A stretch of 64,000 nucleotides of DNA from positions 5,036 to 69,035 of the forward strand of contig BDGG01000015.1 in the NCBI GenBank assembly GCA_001949185.1. Reading direction: 5' to 3'. Under the pieces are notes generated by a model, which ran no database searches, had not been told where the DNA came from, and saw nothing but the letters and a program-made list of their open reading frames with translations. Of this stretch, positions 35,686 to 50,700 are shown in pieces (position 1 is the stretch's first letter; each line of letters opens with the position of its first letter). A program made the translations under genes and the position numbers. The DNA comes from Ramazzottius varieornatus (taxonomy: Eukaryota; Animalia; Tardigrada).

Positions 35686-38600
35686 TTCCGATATAGTGTG
35701 GTATCTGTCCCGCAGATACAGATAAACGGCTGGCCTGCTTGAAGAAAACCTTCCAGATGAAATGGGCGGAAAATGAACTGCTTCTCTGAAAGTGAAATCC
35801 GAGAAAGGGAAAGTTTACTTTCAGATTCTAACGAGAAGAACAGCAAAAGAGCTTTTAATTTGAGGTGAATGTAAATGAGAAACTATAAACAATGGTAGAA
35901 TAAAACAACAGACCAGCTGCTGTTTTGGAAAAAAGGAATTTCGAGGAAGAACGGATCGAGGCCAAAATGCATGAAAGAAACAACAACTTCGGTGCTTTTA
36001 AGAACTTCTATAGTGAAGCTTTTGCTTTTGATCAGAGCGTGATGAGACTCATCGACACATGAGATTTTACACTTGGCACTAGCCTCACCCAAGCAAATCA
36101 TTTTACTTGTGGGATCTTATGCAAGTTTTGACAAAATACAGCCTGCTTCTTCTCACGAAGCACATTCGAGCCTGTGTAACTTTTCGGCACGTGTCGTAAT
36201 CCTGCATTCATTTCGGGTGGATGTAACTGGTGACTAGACCGTATGTTCACCGAAGACAAGATATTTACCATATTTTCAATGTTTTACAGCCAGTGAATCT
36301 GTTGTCAAATGCGATCTGTTTGGTAATATCCCTAATGACTAGATGAAGTTACAGTGTAACTGGCGATACTCTGGTGAATTTTGCTTGTAGCGTAAGTTGG
36401 CCAGTTACGCCACCTACCCATAAGCTGGATGAAATTCACAGATACTATTAATAGAACGATCGATCGTGGTTCAGTCTGAAAGTAATCGGGGGGGGTTGGC
36501 CCGTTTGCTAACATTGTCGATGCGTAAAACCTTTCCGAAGAAGAGGTAATATGCTGCCAAAAATGGTCTCACATACCGCGCACCCCCGATTCAGGGTAGT
36601 CCGTCACTGGACAGAAGGGGATAGAGCTGAAGGTCGCTCTCACTCGAGAGAGCCCACATTTGACGTTAGTTCCTTGGGACACATTATATTAAAGGCGTTT
36701 GCGTATGCGTATGCGCTCAAGGAACCGGCTCTGATGGGAAGAGTCTTATAACTGGCCAGATGTGAGAGGCGGGACCAATTTCGTCCAATCATCCAATTCT
36801 TGAAATTGAAATCCCGATGACGTCACCAGATGGTGGCGGTTCTTCGCGCCACGACGATGAAATCTTCACGCACATCCCGACCAATAAGAAGTGCTCATTG
36901 GACCATGCTCCAGTTGGTGCCCAATTTTTATTGGTGGCATTGTGGCTTAGCTCGTAGGTGGAAATCACGGTTTTCATATGGTAGTTGAAGTTTGGATTTT
37001 CGTAATTCTACCGATAGAGCTTCCTATCGTAAGCAAACAACTGAGAACGATAGTTAGAAGTATGGACTATTTTATGAAACATGTTATACTTATCACGTAT
37101 GTCTGGGAAGAAAATTTCTATTAATATCGTACGACGATATATTAATATATCACTTTCCATCGAAACCGGGGGGACCTGCCAACACAACACCAATGAACTG
37201 CTGGAAAAAATGCCGAATCCTTGTACGAAAATGGTGAAAGTGAGACTCGGCAGCCCTCAGTTCGGGACTTCCGGGCTGGTTCAGTACGGGACCAGTTCGG
37301 GACATACGTCAGAGGACGTCACGATCAGGTTAAGCACGCCTAGCAGGCGTGGTCTCACACTCGAAAATTTTTCCAAGTCCGAAGTTTAGATCACTTCCGG
37401 ACGAAAAGATCAGAAGGTGACGTGGTAAGTGCTCCTCTGGCTCAGTGGTTATAGCGTTGTCCTCGGTGGTTATACCATTGTTCTGTGTGACAAGCATTTC
37501 TGCCATTCTCACGGTTTTCTTCCCTCTAGAGCAACTAGCCTGCCTTGGTGCGACTGCGCAAGTTTGACGAAGAATAATCCGCTGTAGCGTCACCCTCATT
37601 CGAGTTTCCCAAGGCTTCCGGGACCGATTGTTCGAGTTTGAGGAGAGCAGCAGTAGCAGTAGCAGCAGAAACAGTCAAGGTTTCTTTCGGACTGAGTTTC
37701 AGCTTGGCCGATCAACGCTGTCCCACATTTTCATAGTACAAAGCCCGTTTCTCGAACACTTCTTCCCACAGCACGCCCAGGCCGCTCACTACGGTAGAAA
37801 ACAGGTGTCACTAGTAAATATGAACCGAACAGCTAGTCAAGAGAGCTACAGTAAAGTTTGTACCGTGGTCGACTGCCAACACGAGGCATCTGAAAACCTA
37901 GACTTCCAACTTTTGCGGTGCAGACGGTCTTTTCGGAAATGACTTGTCCCTCCGAGACGGGCTGTATTTTCCCGAGAACCACGACGAAAAATATTCAGAT
38001 GTTCGACAGCGGTGGCTCCACTTTCTGCTCGTAAAAATACACTACAACGTAGCCCGTCTTCTCCATGGCCGCAATCCAAAGGAAGATTTACGAGAAAGGC
38101 ACAGACTTCGTAGCTGATCATGAAAGTAACTGCTGGAGTCACAACTTTACGAGTGCGGATCGGGAATGGGAATCAAACCCGGCTACGCCGTCCATGCCTG
38201 CAACACCGGCAAAGGCACCGGATGGTGCAGTCCGATTATAGGGGGCGCTGTTCACAGCCGAAAGCCTTCAACCCGCATAACGATAGGCCTGTTTCTGCAG
38301 TCGACACTGTACGATATTAGACCTTTATCTTGAGACAAACACAACAATAATAGTGGTTAGATGCAATGCGGTAAAAACTGTTAAACCATGGCGTAGTCGT
38401 ATCTATAAAAATGCCAGGAAGACATCACAAAAAACCTTGGATAAAAGAAATGCATTCAGAATCGAACTCATCCGGCGGTCCAGCGTTCCCAACATTTCGA
38501 AGAACCTTTCCACCAAGAGCAACATTTTTTGGTCTAGTACAAAGGCGTCTGCGTCGTGTTAAAGAGTACAAAGTGGAATCGAACGGTGTTTTTTGGCACA

Positions 38601-38772
38601 AAAAGAGCCACTTTTGATATGAGCTACACTGAATAGAAAAACGCACACGAATGAAGCAGAACTAAAACTTAATTCCGTCGACTCAACACCAGGATAAGTA
38701 TTTCTTGTCTTTGACTTTTGCCATCTTCCACATATCACCCGTTTTGAACAGTGTTTCTTCCGTTGCCCTTCC

Positions 38773-41700
38773 TCACACCTCAGTGCCACCTCGTGTCGGC
38801 ATGTAGCCGCGAGGAGCACTGCGTACTCTGGCGGTTGGTTGTCGCGGTCCGCCACGAGGCTTCATCTGGTAGCCTTGCTTGTATCCCTGCGTCCTCGACC
38901 GGCGCTTCTTGACGACGACACAGGCGGTGATCACGGCGACGCAAAGAAGAAGGGCGAGGATGCCCATACTGGAACCGACAATGGTGCCCAGGGAGAACAT
39001 CTGTCCGGTGGCGCTACCACCGTGACCGAAGGCAAAATCGCTTTCCTTGAGGCCGACATGGCGCATGTTGGTACCGTTGCGGTACTTGAGGCTGCCAACG
39101 GGTAACATAGCGGCACGACGGTAACGGGTGGTCTCGTCGGCGGACGTGATGACGTAAAGAACTTGCAGGTACCATTGACGACCGGGACCAAGCTGGAAAA
39201 AAGGATCGTTCAAAGCATACTGATCTTCACCTTCGTTTCAAATTCAAATGCCAGTGTACAGTATCTTGTATGGACTATTCCACATGTACAGTCGTTGCTT
39301 CAAAAATAATATCACCAGCAGCTGACGATGTACAAACCGTCGCCGTTTTCTTTCTCCGCCATTTGCCTAGCTTTATTAGTTTGTTGGAGCTTACCTCGTA
39401 AAGTGGGTCAGTCTTGAACATGAAACCATCCTTGCCCGATCGTTTCTTCTTCATACTACGGAACTTGGGATTGTTCTCGACAAAGTCAGCTTGGAAGTCG
39501 ATGTTGCCGATACCCCGATCGATGTGGTTCGGATCAGCACGATCCTGTAAAATGCCAGAAAATTATTGACCATCCACCCAGCAAGCGACAACTGGAAGCG
39601 CAGCGCTACCATATGCCATGGAGGCCCAAACGTACCAGTAGGAGGAAGCGGTGCCGCAAGTTCTTGCTGGGTTGCATGCAGCCGAACTGTGGCTCGTGTT
39701 GGGAGTTGCGTGTCGTGGGATCATAAACCGGAGTGTAGCCCTGTTTGCCACTGCAGACGTACAGACGTTGAATCTCCAGCTTATAGGCATCCTTCAAGTC
39801 CTGCACGGGATTCCACATGACACATCCGTGGATCAGTTCGCCTACAACAAATTCCCCATCAGGTTAAACCACGATCAGCCATATTCGACCAGCTTGAAAC
39901 CTCTCCACTTTCTTTTTTACTACGATATAGCCAAGGTCTGCTATATCGTACCGGCAACATATACCACTTTTCTACGGTAATTTCCCCACATCGAAAATAA
40001 CTTCAGCCAGCCAAAATGCCCAGTTTGATGCCCACTCACCTTTGCCAAAGACATCTTCTTCCTGGACAGGTGCCGATGTCACTGGTGTGTCCATGACCGG
40101 TTCGTTAAACAGCTGGCTATGATGCGACAACTGGAATTCCGTATTCAGCGAGTAAACGGCCGGCAACGGTCTGTTGGTCTGCTGGAAGGCAATGGGCAGG
40201 ATGAAGTGCTTGGGTTGCTTCGGTTCACAGTTCAAGTCTCCGCCTCCTCCAGTGTAGTAATCCGGCTTGACCGCAATACACGGTACCAACTCCAGCGTAT
40301 AATCGCCCGTAAAGTCCCTCAGACTCAAATCACTGGTGGCCGTCCACGTTTGCATTGGGTAATCATACGTTTCCTGCTGCCACTCCAGCGCCAATTTGAA
40401 GCTGACGGGTAGCGTACCCGGTGCCAGCAAGCGACTCTCCTGACCAGGTAGACGTGGATGCCGCAAGACGAAGGTCCCTCGGAACTTGGGTTGAGTCTTG
40501 ATGGTGATGATGAGGTTGCCGCTGTCGGACAGACGCACCCGCACCACGTTGATCTTGGCGTCGACGTTGTCATTGGATGTCCGCACAGCCTCGTCGTGCC
40601 ACAGCGTGTTGTCGTAGCTGAAGGAGACTTCCAGTGTGGTGCGATGGTCGATGGAGCCCCAGTTGCTGGGTGGGATGGCGTAGACATAGGTGACGTACAA
40701 CGGCACAGTGACGGTGACGGACTGCTGGCCAAACTCGGCGCTGCGCGAGTTGGTGTTCATGGTACCGCCACAGGTGTTGACCAGAGTCGTCATGTCGTAG
40801 TTGGCGCTGAACTTCCACTGGCAAGTGTCCAGGTCTAAGTGACGGTAGAAATGAACCGTGTTGTTACCCCGCACCTGCAAACAGAAAATTCACAGATAAA
40901 GATACGATAGTAAATTACGAAGCCGATGATTCTCTGCTGATGATTCATAGATGCAACGCCAAAGTTCGACCATTAAGAAAAGCAACAATTCTGGTCGATT
41001 TCCTACAGTACTTCAACTTATAAAAATAAAAGTTCTTTCTCGACTTTGGCCAAGAAACAAAACACGGTTTGTTATGTCTTACGTTGGCATCCAACAAGGC
41101 AGTCTGCGTTGAATAGACACTATTGGTGTCAGCAGTGTCAAAAAAGCCTCGGCATCCGGCATTCTGGTTGGGTACCAAGTTGGAGCAGACATGTTGCGAC
41201 CTGTAGGCCTGGTCGTTCATCAGCAGCTTCATGTTATGAATGGGGAAGGTGGAGATGATGGGCATGATGCCATCCCGATGCGGAATGGTCACTTGAATGT
41301 GGATGGTGTTGGGGAAGTGGGCCGACTCGGGCGGGTTGTATTGAATGTCAGTCTGTAGGGACTTTTGATGGCCCTTGGTCTCGGGAGTGCGCGGGTTAGC
41401 ACAGGCACCTTCCCGACTGATGGTCACCTCGGCACTGACCGAGGCCATGGCGCTACCCGAGTCGACCGAGCAACGAATGATGGTGTTGGGCGCAAAGTAG
41501 ATGCTGTCCAAGACCTGGACCGTGGCGGACGTGAAGGGTGTGCGGTCGCTGATGCAACTGTAGACGCGGTTGCCGTCCCGGTCCGTGTCGGTAGCCATCT
41601 CCCATTTGTAGGCCGATGGCTGGCGGCACGTTGCAACTGGTTGATACTGTGGATGCTTCGCATCGCATGGCTGCAAAACAACAACAACAACAATTCTTCT

Positions 41701-44700
41701 CAAATCTAGACTGACCTTCACCTTTTTTTTCCACAGCATAAAGTCAGAAGAACAGTATGAAGACACCGTAGAAAGAAGAGCCTCTTCACCCGCTGACAAA
41801 AGGCCCTGTAACTGGTCGCTCTCGGTCGTGCATGTTTTGTGGCCTCGGCAATTCGAGATGACATTACTCGACTTTTCTTTCGTTGCGGGATAAACCTTCT
41901 GCTAGACATTCTTTTGGGACTTACCGTGAGACACATGACGGGGTAGCCAGCCGGTGGCGGCACATTCAGGCCAGCTGGGACGTTGTCGTAGAAGGCCAAG
42001 GAGATGACGATCGGTGGGGCCGCAATAATGGTCAGCGGTTCAGGAGTCCTATCCTGGATGCAGACTGCGGCCATCGCGGGTTGACCGATATCGGCGTTGA
42101 CAGGCTGAGCCAGCGATACCGTGAAGGTCTCCATATCCTCGCGCTCATTGTCGTACAGAATCTCAATTGACACTCTCTTTGCCGTCTCACCTACAAACAA
42201 CTCGTATAGAACTCGCGGAAAAATGGCAGATTAGTATCAGGAGTACTGAAACTGAATACAGCACTGCACTGAGTGCGTAGCCTGTTCAGATAATTTCAGC
42301 CAGCAGCAGTGTGGAAATACAGATATGGAAGATGAGATGGAGCAATTTTTCTGTAGAATAAGTGGGTTACCTGGACGGAAAGTGAGGACTTGACTCTTTG
42401 CGTGGTAATCGCGACCAGCCAGCGCGTTCTCGTCGCGAGTGGTCACCCGGACTTCCGACTGGCGACTACAGTCTCCGCTACGAATGACCGTGATCATCAC
42501 CGTGGACATGCTGCCGGGTTGCGTAGGTTCAGCCACGTCGTAGTTGGTCTGCTCAAAGTAGATTTTGGGGACATCCTCGCGATTCGTGATGGTGATGGAA
42601 GCCTTATCGTGCGGGCCCAAACGAGCATTGTGAGCGCTACCCAGTAGGACGTAGAACTGCTCGTCGGCTTCGTAGACCTGGTCGTCGATCAGATGCACTG
42701 TGCATGTTTGCCGCTGAAAAGAAAAGAAGGAAAAGACAGGATAAAATTGATCAGTTGCTTGACGAAGAATGGCGCGGGAATGCTTACCCTTTCTCCACGG
42801 CGGAATATAACGATAGACGCATCGGTGTTTGGCCGGTCGACGTAGTCGCTGCCGGCCTGGGCACTACGAGAGATGGTGAAGCAGCGGACGGTGGATTCGA
42901 CGTCGACGTTTCCCACACGGACGATGGTCAAATCGACGCGGCCCGAAGTTTCTCCCACGTTGTAGTCGATGGTCTCGAACTGCACCGTCGGTACTGTAGG
43001 AAACATAAAGGATGTCAAGCTGTTCCAAAGGTTCATTTTTAGCCAAGTTATCATATGTGAATTATAACTTCACAATTTTAAGGGCAATGTACATTAGTTG
43101 GTCCATCCGTATCATTGTTTTCCTACGTTTGTTCGTACCTTCAGAGTCGGTGTCGAAGATTGTGACTGTCGATCGCGACGGTTCCCCCAGTCCGGCGCCC
43201 TGCGGTTGCGACAAGACCAAGTGGAACGACTCGTTGCCCTCATAGTACGAGTCATCGATGATTTGGACCGAGCAGACTCCCCTTCGCTGTCCCGGTCCAA
43301 AGTTGATCCTTTCGGACATGTGGACATAGTCCTCATTGGGCGTAGCAGACACCGGGTTCGTCGCGTCTGTACTACACTGTACTGAGGAGGGCTGTGACAG
43401 GTCCACACCTTCTCGAATGACTTCGAACTGATACCGGCCGGAAGCTTCTCTCACCAGACAATGCTGCTGCGCAAACCTGTTGACCAAATGACAGAAATGA
43501 AAGTACCGCAATAACTGGCAGCTCGGCTAAACAATCTTGTCAGGGTAGGTTTCCCAAGTGGCGCACGCTTCTAGCCAACAACACGGAGAACGTGCGCCAG
43601 TTAGATTAACAATCTTGCTGAGTTATGGAGTAATTATTGAGTGTGCTTGTACCTTATCGTGGGTGGAGGTGCGATCTGTTCGGACGGTTCCTGGATGATG
43701 ACTCTGGCTCGGTTGATCACACCCAGCTGGATATTATCCGTCGGCTGTTCCAGTATCAACTCAAACTCTTCTTGGCCTTCCGGCACCCGATCATCGATAA
43801 TCTGCACTTCGCAGTTGGCTCGATCCTGACCCGGTGCGAAGGCTATTCTATTGCTTAGCGTCAACGGCACAAAGTCTTCCCTGTCCCGCGCCGACATGGG
43901 TCGTGTAATACAGGCTACCGACACCGGAGTGAAGGTATCGCCCGTCCGGGTCAGTGGTACTTGCAAGAGCCTCACCTTCTCATTGGTGTAGTAGACCGGT
44001 CGTTCAAACTGCACCGTACCCATGTCTTCATCATCGGTAATGACCACTCTAGCTTTCTTGGGCTGACGCAGCAGAGCGTACACCGGCATACTCAGCAAGG
44101 CAAAGAAATCTTCGGGACCTTCTCGGTTACGATCATCGCGGATAGTCACCGAGAACGTCTTGCGGTCTTGTCCCTCTTCGAACTGGATCTGCTCGGTGTT
44201 GGCCACGTAGTCGCCACCGGGTTCATCGGTGGCAGTACCAGGCTGCGTCGATGATTGCACCAGCGAGTATTGGTTGAGGTTGCCTGTCTTGCGGATGATG
44301 ATACGGACCACACCGGCGGTTTCCTGCACTTGGTACTCGGGTTGCTCGTACGACAACCATGACCATTGGATGGGGAACTTGATGTTGTCGATGACGTTGG
44401 GTGGTTGGGCATTGTCTTGCAGGCGAGCGATGAAGAAGTCGGTGGTCTCGGGCGTGTCGACATTGGTCAGGACGTAGCGAATCAAGCCGCGGTTGATGTC
44501 TTCTTGGGAGAACTGCGTGATGGGACGACCGGGTTGCTCCTTATTCTCCACTTGTCCGTGCGTTGATGGGGTGGTAATGATGTAGATTAGCTCGTTGTCG
44601 GGTGTGTCGGGATCGGTGGCTTTCAGGTCTTGTGGAGTAATGGGACCAATCGGTCGACCTGAACAATACAACCACAGGCATATTACATCAACTATTAGAA

Positions 44701-47700
44701 AATTGACAAGTACGGTGGTATCTGAAGCCTAAACGTCGATGCCGTCTGTAATTTTGTGTCTACGCAGCCCATGGATTCAAGAACGTTTGGCTGAGGTCCG
44801 TCAGATTATTATGCGATCGAAACCTTTTGATATTTTTATACAGTGGCTTCACCTTCTCGTTCTTCGTGTGTCAGGTACTGTAAGCCCAAATTTTTGTCCA
44901 AGCTAGGTGGCGTATTGGTCGTAGCGATGATCGTGATGGGGAATTCCTGGGCTTCTTGAAGCGGACCAAGGCGTTGTCCGTTCTTGTTGACAAAAAAGAA
45001 GGAATGGGTGCCGTCAGTCAAGACAAACTGGAACGCGTCGGTGGTGGATGGACCGCCGTCGTGCTCGTACAAGAGGCGGTTACGCCAGATATCTTCCATG
45101 GTGAAGGAGCGAGTCGTCGTCTCCACACCGTCTTCACGATGAAGGAGCAAGCGACCGTGTCGAGGTGGGACAACGACGTCGAACACCAGACGGGCATCTT
45201 CAGTGTCTGCATCCTCGCCACGCAGTTCGGTGGGAGTGATGCGCCCGCGTTCGCCTTGGTTGACGCGAAGGCCGCTATAAGTGGTGATGGGAGCTTGGTC
45301 GGTCTTCTTGGGGACGATGGTAATGCGGAATCGCGCCTCGATCTGCAGAAAGAGAAATATTAGGTGTTGTGTCCTCGAGTCCGGACAAAACGGGAATTGA
45401 GATTTGGCAAACGTGGAAACGGAACTGAATCAAAACGTTTGGTGACTTCCGGTGACGTCAAACGCCTCTTCGACTGGTAGTGCTTACAGTAGTGCTGTAT
45501 GGGTACAGTATGTGACTGTACGTACCTCGTTGGTTCCATCAGTCACGCGGAAAGTGAAGCTGTCCAGCGGAGGTTCGTTCGTGTGGTTGTATAAGATGGC
45601 TCCATTGTCCAGATCGATCTGACGAAACTCGGTGACTTGAACTCCGGGCTAAAAAGTGATCATCAGTGAGTACTTCCGTCGTTGAACATCAACTTTGGCA
45701 ACAATATTTTATTTTATCGTTGCTATCTGACGAGAATATGCACATAGCCAGCGACGTATCTCTACATTATTTTTCAACATCGATATTTCATGGTCCACAG
45801 TCATGGTTCACCTGATCCACTTTTTCCAGACGTCCCTGGTCCGGCCCACTGGTAATGATGAACCTGATCCTGTCCGGTGGAGTGTTAGCATCAGTCACTT
45901 CCAGTTCGTTGTTGGTGATCGGCACCGTCGCCTTCTCCGGTACCGTTACTCCCTCGTTTCTAATCACTTCCGGATATATCGAGTCTTGCAGCACAATAAT
46001 TCTGAACTTTTGATTGGGCAGGACGTTTCCTTCCGGGTCGGACAAGTCGAAGGTGAACGACAGCGGACCATCGGGGCAGGCGAACTTGTGCGAGTATTGC
46101 ACTCTCCCATGGTTCAGGTCGTCCTGCAGGAAGGAGTTGTGCGGCGACCCAGCGTGTAACTCCACCACTTCGCCTGTGGACGGGATGGTCAGTAGCAACC
46201 GACCACAATCGACGTCCTCGGTCAATGTGAACTTGAGCTGGTCGATGGGTGAGTCGACGTCGGTAGCGCGGAGGAGTGTGCTGTCGATGGGGGCAGCCGA
46301 GCCCTTGGGCAGTTGAAGGCCGATGTTAACTTCGATGCGGGGACCTTCGTTTCCAGCGGGCTCGATCTTCACTTCGATGGTGGCAGGGACTTCGTGGACG
46401 CCGTCCGTCAGGCGAAGGTCAATGTTGTCTTCGGTGGTCTTCGTGTCGTCGTGGACGTAGGATAGCAGGCTTTTGAAAACGTCGAGGTAGGTGAAGGTGT
46501 CACCGGGTTCCAGTCGCTTGCCTTCGTTACACTTTCGGCTTGGATCATCGCGAATGCGAATCTCACCTAAAACCATTCATGATTACGTTACTTTACCATG
46601 ATTCAAACCAAAGCTTCGCAAAAGAACAGAACAATTTGGGGGATACGCAGGGAATGATGTCGCGTCGTTAATACGCAGCCTTATTGCATATTGACTATTT
46701 TCGCTTTGTAGCGCTCTTGCGGAATTTAACGAAAGCGGAAATTTTCTACGGTTATTTTAATTATTTTACCATGTGCAGGTGGCCTGGACAGTGTGAAAAC
46801 CAAATCCGGTGGGTTCGTGTCCAAGTCCGTCACGTACAGCGTGGAATTTCGAATATCCTGGCATTCGCCTTGAGGAACGTACATGATCTCGGTGTTGACT
46901 ACTGGAGGCTCATCGTTCTTTGGCTGTAACAAAAAACAAAACATCTTAAATAACAGCAGAAAAAGGCCCGCACTGGACACAGGGATTCCTGTCTGCAAAA
47001 TTGCACGTACCAGAATAGTGATGTTGAACGTATTGACGGGTGAATTATTCTCGCCATCTGTAACGTGGAACAAGAAGCGATCCTTCTTAGGTTCTTCTCC
47101 AGGTTTCGGTCTGCTATGGTAGATAATATTTCCGGTGACAAAGTCAGGCACGGAGAAAGACGTTACAGGAACATCCGCTACGATATCAAAAGCGTTAGAC
47201 TTTTTGACCCTAGTTTTTTAGAGTGTCGCAAATATCTCACGTTGTCGGGCGTTAGTGATGTGTCCAAATTCCGGAGGGGAGTCAACGATGACAGTCAGAA
47301 CGTTGACGGGCGTATCGGGATCGGTAATCTGGATGGAAGAAGGTGGAATGCGTTCTTGACCGCCTTCTTCGACGGTCAGACCTTCGACAACGTTGACGGC
47401 TGGCGGCAAGTTGTTGTTAGGTGTGACAGTGATGGTCACCCGCTGGTTTGGCAACGTGTTGTTCTTGGCATCTGTCACCTCGAATACTAGGAACTCTTGG
47501 ATGGGTCGCGGACCAATTTCCGGCGGTGCCGTATATCTGTAACAACAACGAGGGCTGTCATACTTTGCGTGTGATTTCAAGGAAAAGCATGAAAGTGCTC
47601 CGGAAGAAAAGTAAGGTATGGGTTGGATACCGTAGAAAATGGTCACGTGGAATCCGCAGATCATGATCCACAAATCGATCGACATTAACATCACCACAGT

Positions 47701-50700
47701 TGTGATTACGGACAGAAATAATTACGAGTGTGTTTCTTACCAAACTTTTATAGCTGGATTTTTTTATGGTTTCGAACCACACTAATGATGAACATTTTGT
47801 GCTTACGTTATGTGTCCGTTGTTGACATCAAGTTGACAGAAAATGTGTCCAGGTTGCAGTGTCTTCTTGATATCCTCCCGAGGGTCCCCTTGCTTCAATA
47901 CACCCTTTTCCGGGATCTCCCTGATATAAAAGCATACATTTTCCTCCGTCGAGTTGTTGTCCTTGTAGGAGATAATCTGTTTGGTCACCGGCTCCGTCGT
48001 TCCTTCTGGCAGTTCCATATTCATGGTGCCACCATCCAGTGTTGGCGCTTCTGAATCCACCGGGATGACGTGGACGGTAATGGTCAGCAAGTCCGTGTGT
48101 TTCCCATCCGATACCGTGATCTGGATATGGTCATCTTCGATATTTCTCCCGTCGTGATTGTAGCGGAAGGCACTTTGGACGAACTTGTCGTGGGGTTCGT
48201 CAATGTTCTCGACTGCCTCCATCTGGTTGCCATCGATGAGATTGACCAGTCGTCCATTGACGGGTCCTTGGGTCATGCGGAAGCGGAGGTCTTGCGGACT
48301 GGAGTCGGGGTCGGACACCTTGAAGAACTCGGGCGGGATCGGGACGCTACTGCCTTGGTAGACGTAGACGGTGACGTTCTTCTCAGCGAAGGATGGCGGG
48401 TTGTTGTTGCCGGAGAGGACGCGAATGTAAAACTTTTGGTCGGGTGGAAGATCGCCACGGATGGGTGTGTAACCATTCGGGCTCAGTCCTCGTCCAGATG
48501 CCGCATCGATAACTGCAAAAATATCGAAAGTAGCAAATTATTGCTAGTGTGATGTAATCTGTCATGGTGAAATCGCCAATGCTCAAGCCAGCAACCATTC
48601 GTTCAGAAAGCCATAGTTGTGAGCGTCAAAACATGATATCTTTTTATAGTTTTGGAAAAGTTATTATATTTACCGCTGAAGCTGAAACTGAACACGACGC
48701 CATTGGTATCCAGGTTTAGTCCGAGGTCCTTTTCGGTCGGTGCTTGGTACGTGACTTTCTTGGCGATGAGGTCCTCCAGAGTGAAGACTTTGAGCTGTTG
48801 GCCAGGGTACGCCACATGCTCGAAGTTGCCTTGACCAGCAGGAAGGGCTTCCGTTACTTTGAAGGTAATTTTCCGTTCTGCCAAGTTCGCACCGATGAGC
48901 ATGAAGTCCGATGGCGACAGCGTCACTTTCTCTCCTTCCGTCAACTATAAAATACTCGTCAGAAATCCGTAGGAAAATAGCCCACATGATGCTGCCACGA
49001 TCTATTGCTGAATTGATACTGTACAGTATCGTCCAGCACGTATATATACTCGTATCGGATTCAAAGCATGCATGTCAGAGTTAAAAAGTATGTTTTTGTT
49101 TTCCTGGAAGTTGTTCTATGTTACCGTTATGCCGGTTTCCCGTACGGCGGTGGCCAGCGGGACTGCTTCGTTTGACGGGAAGAAGTTGAAGGTGAAAGGC
49201 GCCTGGTCAGCCTGCATGTCCGAGTATGTCCGATAGTCCAGGTCAGGTCGGATGCACTCTCCCAGGGGCGTACACTTGACTTTCTGTTCCATGGGATGCG
49301 CCGGACACACGCAGATGGTACAGTCATCGGGTTGCCACACCGTGTCATTCTATAAACAAAGCAAAACAGACCCCGGGTTACGGTATAATTGAGGCAAATT
49401 AGCATTCATGGATGACGTGAGAAATAATTTATGACCTCCGTCCAACAATCTTTCCTCCAGCCATTACTCCATCACAAACAATCACCGGTATGAGCTGTAT
49501 ATCTTGGTTGCCGTTCTCACTCGCTGTTACTTTCGACAGTCTACCGCGATAAACATCTCAAAATAAAGGCCCGACAAATGGCTGCCTTCGATAGCAATGA
49601 TTGATGACTTTGTACAACGCAAAGGAATTTAGACGTCTACTCAACGAAGAAAAGCCGGTTGAAGACATGAATATTTATAAATACTTCCTTGTTGTTCAAA
49701 CCAACGAAAACCGTCAGCTCTTTTGGTTGTTCGGATAACCACCATTAGCCCTATTCCTTTGACTGTGTTGAATGAAAGTGTGAGGTAAGAAGTGACCTTT
49801 CGGGTGGTTATAATTTGAAACGTACAAATGCTTTTGAACGGTAACAGACTGCGGACAGACCCTTGAATAACCGACAAGCGGCAAGTTAGCTATCTTTTAC
49901 AGAACGGCACTGAATGGTTTTGTGTGCCATGATAGATGACTCTGTCGTTTTGACTATTTTGAAGAGATTCTAGAGGCAAGAATATAAGGTTAAAAGACCA
50001 TAATCATCATTTTTGTCCTCGTAAGTCGTAATTGCATAAAATTCAGAAAATGATTCACAGCCCTTCCCACGAAGTTTTTCAGATTCACCCCCACAATAGC
50101 TAGCGCTGGTCTTTTCGGATTTGCACACTGATGTCGAGTTTCATTCGGTAGAGAGCTACTGTTTACGCTGAAATAACTTCCATCTGTAAGATTTTCGAAC
50201 CTTCATCAGAATGAGGCTTCCAAAATAGCAACCTAACGTAAAAAAACGCTGGTAATGTCGATGGTACGAATTGAGAGCCCCCCGTAAGAAAAATCCATGG
50301 AAGCAGTGCAGGTAATATTAACACGAGTAAACTTGTGTTAATATTTTCTTAATCGTTTTACCGTAATTTTTACCAGGCGAAGTACGGTTAGTTTGTTTTG
50401 ATTGGAAAGTGAGGCAAACACACAAGCTTTATTTGGCCATTGACCACTGTGGGCAATACAGTACGGTGAACAATGTGCGCACTGCGGTATTATCCGCGCA
50501 CAGATCATTTCCTCCAGAAATGTTGCCCGTCTTCTTTTGGCTGCTTATCGGACCATTTCATCGCCTTTTGCGAAGCACCTTTAAACATATTATTTTTCAA
50601 CTTGGTGTCTATTGGCCCCTTTTGTGGCTCTGCAGCAGGCTGCAAGTTAAAACGGTGAAACCGGTCTTGGCGACAATAGCCTGCATCAACGCTGCCTTCG

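Noticed and set aside
40119-48950. Numerous + strand ORFs of 60-160 aa
   Set aside because: Antisense shadows of GC-rich FRAS1 exons.
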